Assembly: GCF_910592395.1 (NCBI RefSeq)
Contig: NC_088308.1
Location: forward strand, 2,852,001 to 2,916,000
DNA from: Lineus longissimus
Taxonomy: Eukaryota
Direction of reading: 5' to 3'
Length of the DNA stretch: 64,000 bases
Below, one piece after another: positions 9,677 to 23,462 of this stretch. Numbering within the stretch: position 1 is the stretch's first letter; each line of letters opens with the position of its first letter. The notes beneath the pieces are model-generated. The model saw only the letters and a program-made list of their open reading frames with translations. It was not told the origin of the DNA and did no database searches. Both the position numbers and the translations under genes were made by a program.

Positions 9677-12600
9677 ACAGATTTAGAATTGTCACTCTTG
9701 GTGCTGAACTCTAATTAATCAAGACCAATGGCATGCAAGAGGTGATTACTACCTCTTACGAAAAGAAGAATGGCCTCCTCCTGTCCGTTATGAACACCTA
9801 CTGATGTTGAACTTCAATACCATAATCTTCCGCCAATTTTAGGGTACTCTCATCTTGTGTTAGGACATTCATTTTAGTCCCTAGGAACTGTACCAACAAA
9901 AAGAGGCACAGTTTGGGCAATCATACATTTTGAAGAAAACAACTTCACATACATCTTTTTCTCTCCGACTCAGATAATAAATTCGCTTTTCTTTTTGTCA
10001 TTTTTATCAATTGTGTGATGGCAGGTATTGGGAAAAGTTATCCTCGAGTTTTCTTTACATGCACGGACACCTTAGAAGATTAGTATGTATTCAGAATAGA
10101 CACATCATTAACGAAAAGAAATCATCTTCTCCATCGTCGCCCACATCATTGAGGCTGCAACGGTAATCATGAGGCCACAAAAGCGATGTATACAGCTTGT
10201 CTGAGATACAATATGTATTCTTGAAGCATCCAAAGGAAGGAAAACATATCCTGATTGGCCACATCTCCCCTGATCCGCAGACAAAAAACTCCGTCATTCG
10301 CGACATGTGTGATTAGGACAGTATCAATCGCCGATAATGATGCGGGAGAGGTAATTTCATGGGGAAAAAACATTATGGACCTCATAATGTTGATTGAGTG
10401 TGGCTAGAATTGAATAGTGCATCTCAGCGTTTCGATGAAAAAGATGTGGAAATCCACACGGCTAGTAGGCTACTAAAAACCTCGGAACACCTTAGTATGG
10501 CCAAATATCGTCTATAGTCATGCTTGGTATGGCTAAGGACATTTCACACTTAATTGAAATAAATCTATTAAAATTTCCAGCCTCGATGCAATAGCAATGT
10601 ATGTGAAAGTGCAGTTTGTTATGGTGTGCTGAACTTGATCCATGTAACTCATGCAACCAAAGAGGCCAAAGACCTTTTTTTTGAAAATTGCAGCGAACTG
10701 TCAAGTCGCTCCCCATCTTCAACTTACCATTGAAAAATACTTGAATTGTTGATGACTGTGTGAGATAGAACACTGTCACCACTGTCACATTCTTTTTGGA
10801 GGTCAAATTATTCAATGAGAAATGTAACTACTGGTTACTTAAAGTAAGGTCTGTTTTCACAAGAAAGACATCACTGAAACACTTCATTCCAGAATTCCAT
10901 CTGAAGCACATATTTCTGTCACAAACTAGAATCACTTCAGACGAGTTTCTTTAAATCGAGCCAAAAGAATTTGACATGCAAAAAGAAACAGACTATGTGA
11001 CTGCAGTGGTGTCTGAATGAAATCTTCTCCTTCTTTTAAAATATTTGAGAGTTTATAAACGTTTGTGTTCAACTCACCTTACACTTATGCATAACTTGCA
11101 TAGTGGATTAGGCTGCTGGTTCAGACAATTCTCCTTTTCTACGCCTTGTCCAATTTGTACTTGGTTGATGTCCACCACTACCACAACTAAAATTAATGTA
11201 TCATTTTTAACATTCAGAGTCATTTCAAGAGCTTTTTGTCACCACTTTTTGATATGAAGAGTAGCAAAGGTGTATGTCAAGCAATTATCCAGATTATGAG
11301 AAAGTGGACTTTTCATAATTCTCGTTCGATGGGGCAGTGAGTCCTATACCGTTTCAGGGCCTGTGCAAACATGTTAACGACAACAACAACAGCTGATTGT
11401 GGATGACGTCATGTTGGATGAGCCAGCAAAGGACGTCACGACGATGAAGTAGATCTCGTGAGACGTGATTGCTGTTGTCATTTCATCCCGCTTGTTGTTT
11501 TTCTGATGAATAACCTACCACTATCTGACCCCTGCAATGGTATGTGACTCACTGCACCTCAAAGTGATGTTTACTGGCCACTTATGCCACTCAGAGGAAT
11601 ACAATTAACAGGTTTGTATTGTCCTTCTGCCATCTGTTGGTTGTCAAAGTTTTACCAATATCAGACATTCTTCTACTTGAGTTGTAACGGTTATTATTCG
11701 AAGTAGGTAAATTGTAAATTCATCCATTTGTGATGATTAATTGTACCTCACTAGTAATTCAACAGTTTAACGAACATAACTTTCTCAGAACAGATCCGTG
11801 CAGTTCCCTAACTATCGCCACACCTGCATAGACTTGACCTCATACGAAGTCACCCTCTCAAGAAGCTAAAACACCAGAGATAGAGAGATCTACTTCACAC
11901 AGTAATAGAAATACGGTACAGTACTGACCAAAAGTAACAGTCTTTGTCATGAGAAACATGCAATGCTGCGATATGCAAGATTGTCCAAAGCACATTTCAG
12001 TCTCATCCAAGCAAGGAAATTTACAGGTTAGAATCTACAATTTAGTCTACCATTCCTGTAAATTGTGTAGCCAAGATGATTGTGTTTGAATTGGGTTTTG
12101 AGGAATGAGCATTGCAAGAAGGTATGTTACTTCCGCACAGTACTGTACACACTAGTCAAACAGTCATTTTCCCTCTACTCCACTGAAAAACACAAAAGGG
12201 AGGTTAGCACTGCCAAAGGTTATAAGACACGCATGCAAAATGGACCATTCCTAAATAGCAATCTACAGACTTGCCTCGGGAATACGATACAAATACATGG
12301 CACATGCTTGTCATGTTACAATGAATTGTGCCAGAGACATGACGAAAATTGCAGAATAAAAATATTTCTACTTTGAAAACATTCCAGAAGACACAAGTGC
12401 GAATGGTCATGCATCGCCAACACTTTATCGACTGCAGCGTACCATAGGCCCAACACTTGTTCATGCTTTGGTAAACGAACATGCTATTTCCCAACAAGTG
12501 TGGAAAAACAAAGAAAAGCGACAATGGTGTACGGTTATTAGTACAGCAAAGTAAGACGATGCGAAAAACGGGGTTGGGGCCACAAAATGCACATACTGTA

Positions 12601-14955
12601 GAGAATCTTTCCGCATGCAATTAGGTCCCGGTCCAAAAGAGCTGAAAGGACAAACGTGTTATAGTGTGGAGAAGTCATGCATACTTCATGCTATTCCATC
12701 TGAAGAGAAACTAACATTCAACTTCATGGAATGTTCAAGCTTCCGGTATGAGGCAAAGTAGAGGCAAAAAGGAGGATACGAATTCATTTTTGATATCGTC
12801 ATTGTATACAGAGTTTTCAGTATAACCGATTTTTACTTCTCCTTAGACTTTGTTAAATAATGGACCACTAGATATCAATAACCACTTGTACAATTGCTCG
12901 AGCACATAACATTGACAAAAAGTAACATTTGAAACATATGATTGTCATCGTTTGTAATTTGATGAGATATCATTGTAAGTCAAGCTTGAATCGAATCCAA
13001 TGAATCTCTCTAACATTGTTTATTGCCAGTTGTTTGACATGTTGTTGTGGTATTCACCAGCTGTTTTCTAGTGCATGATGTCTATTTTCATCCCTGGGGC
13101 CCCCTTCGCCAGATGGTCCCAAAATGATAAGGGATTTCTCGTACGATTCCTTGTACTCAACCAGACCAGATGGTGAAGACTCCCTCAGGAAGTCTGCTCA
13201 ATGTAATGGTTCTGAACCATGCACTGCCACACTTTACTTTTAATGGATTTCAACCAAATTGAATTCCAATTGATGGAACTGATGAAATTAGGAGTGGTTT
13301 TGGTCATTACTCTGATCCAATAACCCATCCTCATGGACCCTACTGTTCGGACGTACCTTAAACTGATTTACTAAGGGACTGCCTATTGGATTCAGAGGCA
13401 TGTTGGCCATTACAAATTTGACAGAATGCCTTTCGGTTTCTGTAGCATATTGGCCATTATCAATTTGCTAGGATACCTTTTAGTTCAGCCTGTTTGTAGA
13501 CATACCATAACAAGTGCTTTATACCCTAGTTGAACAAGACATGCAGACAAGGCAACAACATGACTGTTAGAAATGAAACAGCATGCTTTATGCATCCAAA
13601 CAGGCTGAGAAAAGTCAGAGATTAAAGATACTGAAGGAGAAAATAGTGTAATTTGTCCTCTGTATACAACTTTTACTCAAATTGAAGGTGAATTTAGAAG
13701 GGCGCACAGCACCCTGCCCACTATAAGTGCTCCCCGCCTTTTTTCAGAAGAGCTAAGGCATTTTCTATCTCAGAAGGGTGCTTCCCTGCCCTTATTCTCA
13801 GTTGATCCTAAATTCGTCAGATGCTTTTTACCCCGAGCAGCCTCCTTTGCTTGTCTCCATTTGCCAAATACCTTGTGTGATAGAGAAAAGTCCATCAATG
13901 TACTACTTACAATTGGGGTTTCTCATTGTAGTACACGGGGTACTACCATGTGGCCTACACATCGACTGATTAACCTGTTGGTAATCAGAACATATTTGGT
14001 TATACATCGATCTGAATTTGGAATTTTCGCAAAGAAAGTTGGGGTCGATAGAGGGGAGTCACAACATAAATCTATCCTGGGATTTGTGGTGTCTGTGTGA
14101 CCTGTAATGCAGAAATACGAAGCGATTATGAGGGCTTGCAGGCTGTGTAGATGTTATCAAATTCTGTGCTTGAATTTCTTGCAACTGAATTGTTACTCTT
14201 TTTGCAAACATTGTTTTGTGCCTCAGAGAGTGGTGTGCCAGATTATTCTTAATAATTGTCACAAACAGCACAATTGAAACTTCAGAGTTGATGACATAGT
14301 GTTGTTCTTCAGCAACTGGTTGATTCAAGCAAGTATTGAGAACACCATTGCACGGTCTTTAAATGGAAGAGGTTACAGCACTCTCTGAGATCATTTTGTG
14401 AAACAAGCTACAAATGCTTTCAGTTTGAAGACCACATACATGTATCTTGAAAAGTTCCATTTCAGATGGAAGCACAGTCAACAATTTTTGGATGTGTTGC
14501 ATGTGATCGACCGAAAGGATGCTAAATGGATCAAAATGACCTTCAGAACTGTTCTACCTTTTCCTTTATAACCAAATGAACAGTTGATCAGATACAAGCA
14601 CTGCCTCACTCATGTTATCAACTCCCTGGTTTGAAGGTACATATCAAACACTGCAGTCTTCAACTCTTTGGATTGAAGCCTCTTTTTGCATATTTTATAG
14701 GGTCATCTAAAACTCCAAGAGGATAAAGATTTCGGTGACACAATGCTGGTATCTGATCAATAGGATGTTGGGGATCAGGAGCAGATGTTGAGGGTGACGT
14801 CTGCTTGTTTATCTGAAATCAAGACAGGATACTGATTAGTTTTTTGAAGGGAGTTCTACTAGTAAATGAACAAAATGTTATGAGGCTACCAAAGAGCAAA
14901 ACTGGAGAGTCAGACCAGTATGAATAGGATTTGATATCTCACTCTGGGTACATTA

Positions 14956-15708
14956 CCAGCTATTGCGGGCCTAGCACACTCTGTTTTGAATAGAGGGAGA
15001 CTCCATCATTCCTATTGTTTGAGATTGGAAAGGTGTGAATTAATCTGGCAATTAGCCTCCTGTGCATTGGTACATACAAACACTAAAATGTTTGGTTTTT
15101 GCTGATTTAGGGTCAAATAAATCAGCCAAAAGTTTTGAAAGCTTCACAAATTATTGTTGCAAGGAAGTACTTTATGATAGTTTGCGAAATTTTGATTAAT
15201 TCTAGGTGGAAAGTAATATTTTTCGCATATTTGTTGGGAAAAAAAATTGAAAATCCTCCAATTTTCAACCCCCCTATGGACACTATGAATTTTTCTCCAA
15301 TAAAGCTGAAATCTTGGGAATATAATCCTAAGAGTTATATCAACCACGTCTGAAGTCGGGAGTTTGTATCAAATGTATAGTTTCGGAGCTAGCGCAGCTA
15401 GAAAAGCCCCCAAAATCCACTTTCTCAGGAATTTACACTACGGGCTACGAGTGAAGCATTACAGATTTACCAAAATTTTCAACCTATAGATGGACACATC
15501 GAATTTCCATCCAAATCACTCCAAATTTTGCCAGTAAATACCTAGACATATATAGAATTGTGTCAGAAGTCGGGAGTTGGGATTATTTTAACACCCCGCC
15601 CAAAAAGCCAACTTTATTGATATTTCCTATGCATTTTCCATTAGGCTTGCCAGGACCAATTAAGCAGGTGCACTAATTGGCTTAATTGGCTAGGCCCGCA
15701 ATAGCTGG
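14956..15708. mobile_element. Non-autonomous DNA transposon, 753 bp, perfect 20-bp TIRs, TA flanks
   Basis: TA|CCAGCTATTGCGGGCCTAGC ... GCTAGGCCCGCAATAGCTGG|TA. The inverted match extends to 25 bp (14951-14975 / 15689-15713). Internal diverged direct duplication at ~15258-15366 and ~15469-15580. Confidence 0.9.
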
Positions 15709-18700
15709 TAATGAGTGATTTTGTGAAAGCTCGCGAAGAGCTTCAGGTTTGGCCTAGATTTCAGATACCTCCTTTTGGTCTTTGGTCAGACAAGTGGAAC
15801 TGTATCAGTATTTATGGTATGATATCATAAATGTGAAAAATAAATAAAGAACAGCAGTAATGTCTTGGCAATCAACTAAGTTTGACTCCTCAAAACAGAT
15901 TAAAGGTGGAGAATTTATTGCAGAGATATCCAAATTGTTCAAAATAGTATTGGGAAAACATAATTAAGAGGACAGAGTATAATCAAGTACATAAAATGCT
16001 CCAAATAAAACCAAGTCAAATGATGAACACAGCATGGGTAAAATCAATCATAGGGTAATGAAAATACATAATTGAAATACATATCAAAAATGCTCAAGAT
16101 TCCGTGACAATCTCATGCACATTCATGCACATGCTTCCAACTCTGTAACCAAAATCAACCAGGACAAAAACACCAACAAGCTGAAGTTTTTCCAAGCAAT
16201 CAATGTTTTCCAAAAACCTTTAGGGTATTAATCATAAGGAAATGAATGTGGTACAATTAGAGCACCAGCACAATGATACCTTCTCTGCGCATTGAATGCA
16301 AGCCAGCTCTTCTACACTGTATGGGCTATAACTGTACAAGCACTATAATTGTACCACATCTCCTTATGAACTAAGCTCTGAAGCTGCAACACAAATAAAG
16401 GAATCTTTAAGATTATGCTATCCAGTTTTACACATGCAAGAAATGGCCAATATCAATCTTTGACTTGAGAAATAAAAGCATGATCCTTTTTCTCAACACT
16501 CTCCGATCCTCACCAACATAAATGACCAATTTGCTCAAAAACATATTTTCCTTCCAACTACTACAACACTTACGAAAGCTACAATGCTGCAAGGAAGGAA
16601 GTGATATGCAACCAAAGTAATTTCTGAAAACACTTTGTGTTGGATTGTTTTGAACACTAGCTGCATTCATTTTGATACGCATGTATGAAAGGGATTCTAA
16701 CCACCAACCAATTGGGGTGCGATCACATGCACATACCCCATGCTCTAACACCACCTTACACCACAACCATGCAATAAGGAATGCAACCATGGAACTGGAG
16801 CACAACATAATGAAACAAAGACCCAGGGGATGTTATTGACATGAATATTTTAATCAGATTTGTTCAGATTTTGGAAATATTATACCATGGGAATTCATGA
16901 AATTTATACAGAAAGAAAACCATCTATTTTATCTTTTTTTGATCTTGTTTCATTCGTCCCAAAGTGAACTGATTATGTGTGAACTTCTGGCTGCAGAAAA
17001 ATCCAGTGTTGTTTTGTCAAATTACAACAAAGGATTGTGGTGAAATGATATCTCTGATCAGCGATCAGCGATCCTTGTTGAAGGTACATATGTACTTGTG
17101 ATGATCATCGCAAATGAGAAATTTTTGTTGCATGTGTCATGAGTGCAGGTCAAAGCAACAAAAATCGCTCATTCACGGGTGTTTTCTGGGACCCACTAAT
17201 CACGCCAACCATGCAGCTTTCCATAACATTCATGCACAAGGTCCACCTTCTCTTCAAATCAAGACCACAGTGAACATATCCCAAAACAGTACAGCTAACG
17301 ACAAGATATTATGAAAAATACTAGATAAGGCGTCACAGCATATACAATTTTTATTTTATGTACCATTGGACTTTTAAAAGCACATATCACTTGATTTTTG
17401 AAATCGTAGATATGCAGTTTTGGGATTTGTCCATTATAACCAACTATGGCAGTGCTAAGTTTCCAATTCTGATAAAACAAAATATAGAAGACATCAGCAA
17501 TTCATTATGTAATGAACTGCTCAGAATATCAAGAATCACATGTTATTTATGGTCCCTGCATAACAGAGGACAACAAGATCAACACACCATAACGATACTA
17601 TGATAATTATCTTCTTAGCTGACAAATTTACTGCTTCCGTCCTCTTTTGTTCAACGATCATTAAAAGTACCTTTTGTGATGCAACAAAAAGGTGCATTTG
17701 GCCAACATCAGTAATTAGGTGAAAATGAAACTGCCTCCATTCCTTTTGAAGAACTCATCCATATTTAGACACAAAAATATCTGCACTACTGTTCAGCTGA
17801 TCCCATGACAAGCACAGATGCTGATGACCCATCAGACAGGACAGAAAACACTCCCCTTACAACCCAACAGTAGTTAAACTCCTATTTGTTTCTCATTAGT
17901 AGAATTAATGAAGCAAAACTACTGCCGTAAAACAACTGTAAGCTGCAAAACCTGAATTGACCTTCACAGAAGGTCAGGGTACAGAAGAATAGATGCTGGA
18001 CTCTTGTCACACAACTCAAGAAGATAGTTAACTGTCCATTATCCATGCATGCGGGAGCAAATTGGTTATATATAAAGCCCCCCCCCCCTTATGACAATAT
18101 GTGATGAATGTATTCCATGGTGATAATGAAACCATGTGAGTCGGTACCTGAGGGGCTTCAGGAAGTGACAATTATATCACATATCCTCTGTCTCTACATC
18201 TCACTTATAGGATATCCACAGACATACATCATATTGTAAGGCAAGGACTAAGTACAAATTAACACCATTCAGGCAGAACATATGACTTCATAACGTATTT
18301 GAAAATCTCTCAGAGTTCCCGGTGCAAGGTATCTTAAGGCAAGTGACATCCAAGGACAACACTATGTATTAGCATGATTGGTGAAAGCATTATGGTGGTA
18401 ATTGTTGACACGGCCCTGCTGAAGAATACTAATCATCTTCATTCTCAGTTCCTCTCTCTCCTCATCGCTCATTCGAACATATGAAACTTTTATGAACTGC
18501 TCTCAGGATTCGCCACCTTGTTCTCATCATGAATAATATTCATAAATATTCTTGAAAGATTGCGTTTTGAATACTTGCACATAATTATTACGTTTTGTCC
18601 TAACCTCGGACGTTGTGCTTTCGCTCAGTAATAGAGCAGGATCATAGACCACACCTTTTTAGCAACACCTTCAAAATGGCAGTCTGGTCAAAAGTAACAC

Positions 18701-19012
18701 CCCTCCACAAGCAACATAGCATTGTAAATTGCAAATGTACTTTCACAGCTCCAAAGAAATCTGAACTCAATCAATTGTTCTGGAGAATTCTAAGCAATGA
18801 AGCCCACTTAAGTGCCACTGGCCAGAGGTGTCCTTGGCAACCCTAACTCACTTATATGCTGTCCAAGGAAATTACACTGATTACTATGAAGTTGGCCATT
18901 AATGGCAGGTTAAGGCAAAGATAAACTGATTATGCTGAAACATGGTGGTGACATGATGGGCCACAATGAACATGCTGGAATCTTTCTTGGCTGGTGAAAC
19001 TGAGGAACAAGG

Positions 19013-20082
19013 AACAAGGAATTTATTTGATGCATTTAAATGAAATGGCCAGGGCCATTGTGCTCACCTCATGTGGAGGAAAGATGGATAAAGAGCATGG
19101 TATTGTGTCATGTAGTGTTAGGTTTGATGTAGGTCCAAGCAATTACAATTTCCCCAAAATGGCCAATTTACAGTACATTCGACCTATGTGACCTTGAAAA
19201 GTAAGTCAATCAAAGAAGACCCGGGTGACACATTGAATGGTTGTTAGAATTAGATGTACCTATGATATAAAATTGGTGCCAATCGGGCAAGTCATTACTA
19301 TGAATAATGGCATTTTGAAGAATTTAGGATTTGGCCCCCTCCCTGGAGGCCAAACGGCAAATCAGATCGCACCAAACTTCGGTACCTGAGATCACCTGAC
19401 CAAGGGGTACATGTGTACTTAATTTGTGATCAATAGTCATTGCAGTTAAGAAATGTGCCATAGTTACGGTCTGAAGGCGAATTTACGCCATTTGACCTCT
19501 GTGACCTTGACAAGAAGGTCAAATTAAAAACCTGTGTGACATATACTGTATGGTGGTTAGATGTACCCATGATATCAAATTGGTGGCAATCGGGCAAGAA
19601 GTTAAGGAATAATCACATTTTTAAGGTTTTTGGATTTTGCCCCCTGGTGGTCAAGTGGTGAATCATATTGGACCAAACTTCGGTCCCTGAGATCACCTGA
19701 CTAAGGGGTAAATGTGTACCACATTTGGTATCAATAGTCATTGCAGTTTAGAAATGTGCCATCGTTACGGTACATCCTAACGGCCAATTTACACCATTTG
19801 ACCTCTGTGACCTTGAAAAGGAGGTCAAATCAAAAACCCGGAGGATATATGATGCACCTTTGCTAGAAGTACCTACCATATTTTTTTCAAAATTTCCCGA
19901 CTACAATTAAGGGAGATATTGCATATTTTCACTTTTAACGTTTGGCCCCCTGGTGGCCAAACCATGAAACGAATCGGACCGAAACTTGGTCTCCAAGGTG
20001 TCATTACATAAGGGTACATGTGTACCAAGTTTCAACTCAATAGCTCTAACAGTTACGAAACGTGCCCTGCTAACGGACAACG

Positions 20083-20168
<86 letters not shown>

Positions 20169-20224
20169 ACGACGGACGCCACGGTATGGGATAAGCTCAC
20201 CTCTGCTAAGAGGTGAGCTAAAAA
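19013..20224 (+). mobile_element. Helentron-associated non-autonomous element (HINE / DINE-1 / pearl-like) with internal tandem repeats
   Basis: 5' region aacaagg...gggccattgtGCTCACCTC, whose subterminal motif is inverted at the 3' end. Three ~306-315-bp repeats start at 19161, 19476 and 19782. Microsatellite follows. 3' hairpin AGCTCACCTCT-gcta-AGAGGTGAGCT (20194-20219) then an A run. The 5' boundary is approximate. Confidence 0.85.
20083..20166. repeat. Perfect (GAC)28 microsatellite within the HINE element
   Basis: 84 bp of uninterrupted GAC. Confidence 0.98.
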
Positions 20225-23200
20225 TGGTACACTTTCAATCAGATGAGGGGTGAGATCAGATATCATGCTGTCAGTAATGTAAACCATCATGTGTGTGAGT
20301 GTTATCTCCACGGTTTTGTCAAAAACTACAGGCCTTGTACCCCATCAAATAGGAAGCATATCAACGGAGAACAATTTCTTTGAAACCTGTGTTACCATGC
20401 AACCAACAAGAAAGGAAGTCAACATCGATTGTTTGACATGTTTGAGGTCAAGTCAGGGGTGTAAAAAACTATCCTGAAATGCCACATTTTTCGAAAAGGA
20501 AATAAAAGAAGTGTGATATATAAAGCACTGATGATGATGGGAAAGTAAACTACAAAATCTGTCAGAAAATTATCAGCGATATGCCGCTATAGATAACACA
20601 AGTAGTTCCATAGAAAGTTTCTAGATGTCTCTACCATTCCCCTATCGCAGCTGCGATCTCATGTCATACTATGACATTGAGAATAAACCGGACTCTATTG
20701 ACGGGTTTCACGCAGAATGATCAAGAGTCTCTTGATGCGGAATAGACTTTCAAGAGGATGAGCCATCTGGCTGCTGAGGTATGAGTAGGACTATACACGG
20801 CATGGTGTTATCTGTATGGCAACATGACTGTGCTCAGTATCGAAGCCAATACAAATTCACAAGAAAGATGGCCAAGCAGTTTGATGTGAAATTGTAAAAT
20901 GTTTTTGGGATTGCACACTAATCGGAAACATTCTTTATCAGAGTACATGGTGTATGGTTCAATGACATATCCCAAAGACAGTTTAGCTTCCTGGGTTTAT
21001 TTCTTTTCTTTCTAATGTTAGGTTATTCCAGAAGACAGTGACCAATACCAAGAATAAAGACTACAGTCTTTAATAATTCGCTAAAACCCACTCCCAAGTA
21101 GCCTTCTAAGAAAGATTAAGAACAGCTTTGTCTCGACTTGCCAAATTACAATATGCCTTCAAAAGACTTACTTATTCATATGTTATTGTAAGTTGCAAGA
21201 TAACTATCCAAGCAGAAGGGTCATAATCCTCTTCTCCTACAATGGGATTTTACAAATCATCTCCAGAGGGACCAGAGCTCACAACAAGGATCAAGAGTCC
21301 CATTTTGTCTGGGCTTGTTCACAGTTGAAACGTGAAAATGACATTTTTTACATCAGAAATTGTTTTCCCTTGTTCTTCAAATGGTGCATTCTCTTTTACA
21401 ACTTACTAAGCCAACATTTGTGACTTAATTTTTTTATTCGAAAAACCGAAAGAACTTTATGAAGAAGCTATATTGCAGGCAGTCAGCCAAAATAAAAATC
21501 ATGAAAATCATGAATTTTTTTACAATTGGTGAACAACTGTAGTTATGGCACACAAGAAGACCCAGAATTGATTAGCTGTCACACCTAGTGATGCATGTCA
21601 TCCGTCTTCAACACAAAATTACATCAAATTCTAACCATAACGTTCAATCACCTCCCATCACCTTGGAAAAAAGCTCCCCTAATTGAACTATTGATGTTTT
21701 TCATCAAGGTGCCGGAACGAGGGTATTACTCGGAAACTTGATGTCACGCACAACTTATATGTGCCATCAAAGACATTTGCTACTTTAAGTCATGATGGAG
21801 ATGATGTCTGATGTCGGGCACAAAGGATCAGTATTCACATATGCTTGAAACATGCCAAGTGGATTTTGGAGTGCACGATTCTGAGGAGTTTGGTTTCAAA
21901 AAGTGTTGTCAATTTTCAAATTAGTCGTTGATTGAGAAAAAGACAAGAAATTGCCATGATGTTGTCGTTTTTTTTTGGATAAAATCTCATTCCGAACTGT
22001 AACCTGAGGTCGCGAACATTTTACAGTGTCTCTCATAATGTTATTTTCACAATAAGATGAGCCCATAACAGCATAATCATTGATTATTTAAACTGTTGTT
22101 GTGTTTGTGTCTCCGTTACAAATCCCAACGGACGCCTGTTGCAAAATCATCTTCTGCTGAATTCCCTTCAGACGGATTATTAATTTGATAAATGCAGTAT
22201 CGCTGATTGCTTTGTCGAGACATTCAGGGATAATTTGTTCTGATATGAAATTTCATATCAGTTTTTAACAACTTTATAAAACGTTTAATGATACCCTAAA
22301 GACTAAAGGATTAACAAATGAAGGCCCAACTAAGATGAAGTAGCAGCATTATGAAATATTGATGTCAGCATGTTCAAAATCATTGTTTACCTCCTACAAA
22401 ACATATCCTACCAACAGGTTTTTTAAGCATGGTTGCTTCACGAACACCCATTTCATCGAACGTTCTTTTTGTTTTAGATGATGCACTGGAAGCCCATTCT
22501 GACATATCAAAACATGGAACATTGACATGTATGTCATCATCGCACCATCACACATGCCGCAGCCTCTTCCACGATGATTTGTGACGACTCTGACAGTGCA
22601 ATTATACCTATCTTGCGCGATATTGAGGCAGGTTGATATTTGCCAAGACAAGCCAAATCCTCAATCACACATTGCCAAATGTTGACCTTGTACTGCCATG
22701 CATTGAGGACAGAAACTTAGATACATTTACGTCTAATCGACAGCTTCCCAAGTCTTCAGTTGGCAGGCTGCATGATTTCGTGCTTGCATGCAGAAGTGGG
22801 TAGGGTTATATTGGTTAGATAACATATTATTACTCCAAGACAATGTCAATAATTTGTGATATAACATTGTGAGCAAGCATTTTCATGTCTCCTATTCATC
22901 CCATGTATGCAGAGCAGAAAGATGAAATGGTAATATTGGTTCCAAAACATCTTGGTTACAATGTTTCAATTTCATATTATGGATTATGTATTGGACCGGT
23001 ACAACCCTGCTCAAGAGGCAGGAAGACCTCAAAAGTGAATCTTGGACCATGAATATATGAACCTAGCAAAATTGTATGAAAAAAATCTCTGGCCCAAAAG
23101 CCACTGAGTCATAAATTATAATGAACACATTGACTGAATAATTTCATTTACATATTTCAGATTGTATGCTTTCAAAAGAGAAGATGCTCCTGCCATCCCC

Positions 23201-23373
23201 TTAGCCGGACCACAACAAAGCCATGCATCTCCCATGTGAAACACATGCAAATATGCCTAGTTATGCATGCTGGGATCCTTCAAAGTGACCACACCACACC
23301 CATGCAGACTTGGGGCCAACCAGTTCAGGACATCAGGGCATGCACTGGAATTCACAATCAAATTCAACATTAC

Positions 23374-23403
23374 CTGATAAGTTGAAATCGACATCAATGC
23401 CAT
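23374..23403 (-). CDS. Candidate first coding mini-exon (MALMSISTYQ)
   Basis: Minus strand ttacgATGGCATTGATGTCGATTTCAACTTATCAG|GTAATG: A at -3, G at +4, phase-0 donor. X-box-like motif 46 nt upstream. Downstream partner exon is uncertain. Confidence 0.4.
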
Positions 23404-23448
23404 CGTAACTCCAAAATCCTCAAAATTCTATAATCCTTAAATTTGCTC

Positions 23449-23462
23449 GTTTCCACGGACAC
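23449..23462. promoter_or_regulatory. RFX X-box-like motif
   Basis: GTTTCCACGGACAC (minus strand GTGTCCGTGGAAAC) in a CpG-containing patch upstream of the mini-exon. Confidence 0.4.

Noticed and set aside
19907..20311. Poly-arginine ORFs on both strands (19907-20311 minus, 19986-20216 plus)
   Set aside because: Translation artefact of the (GAC)28 microsatellite inside a non-autonomous element.
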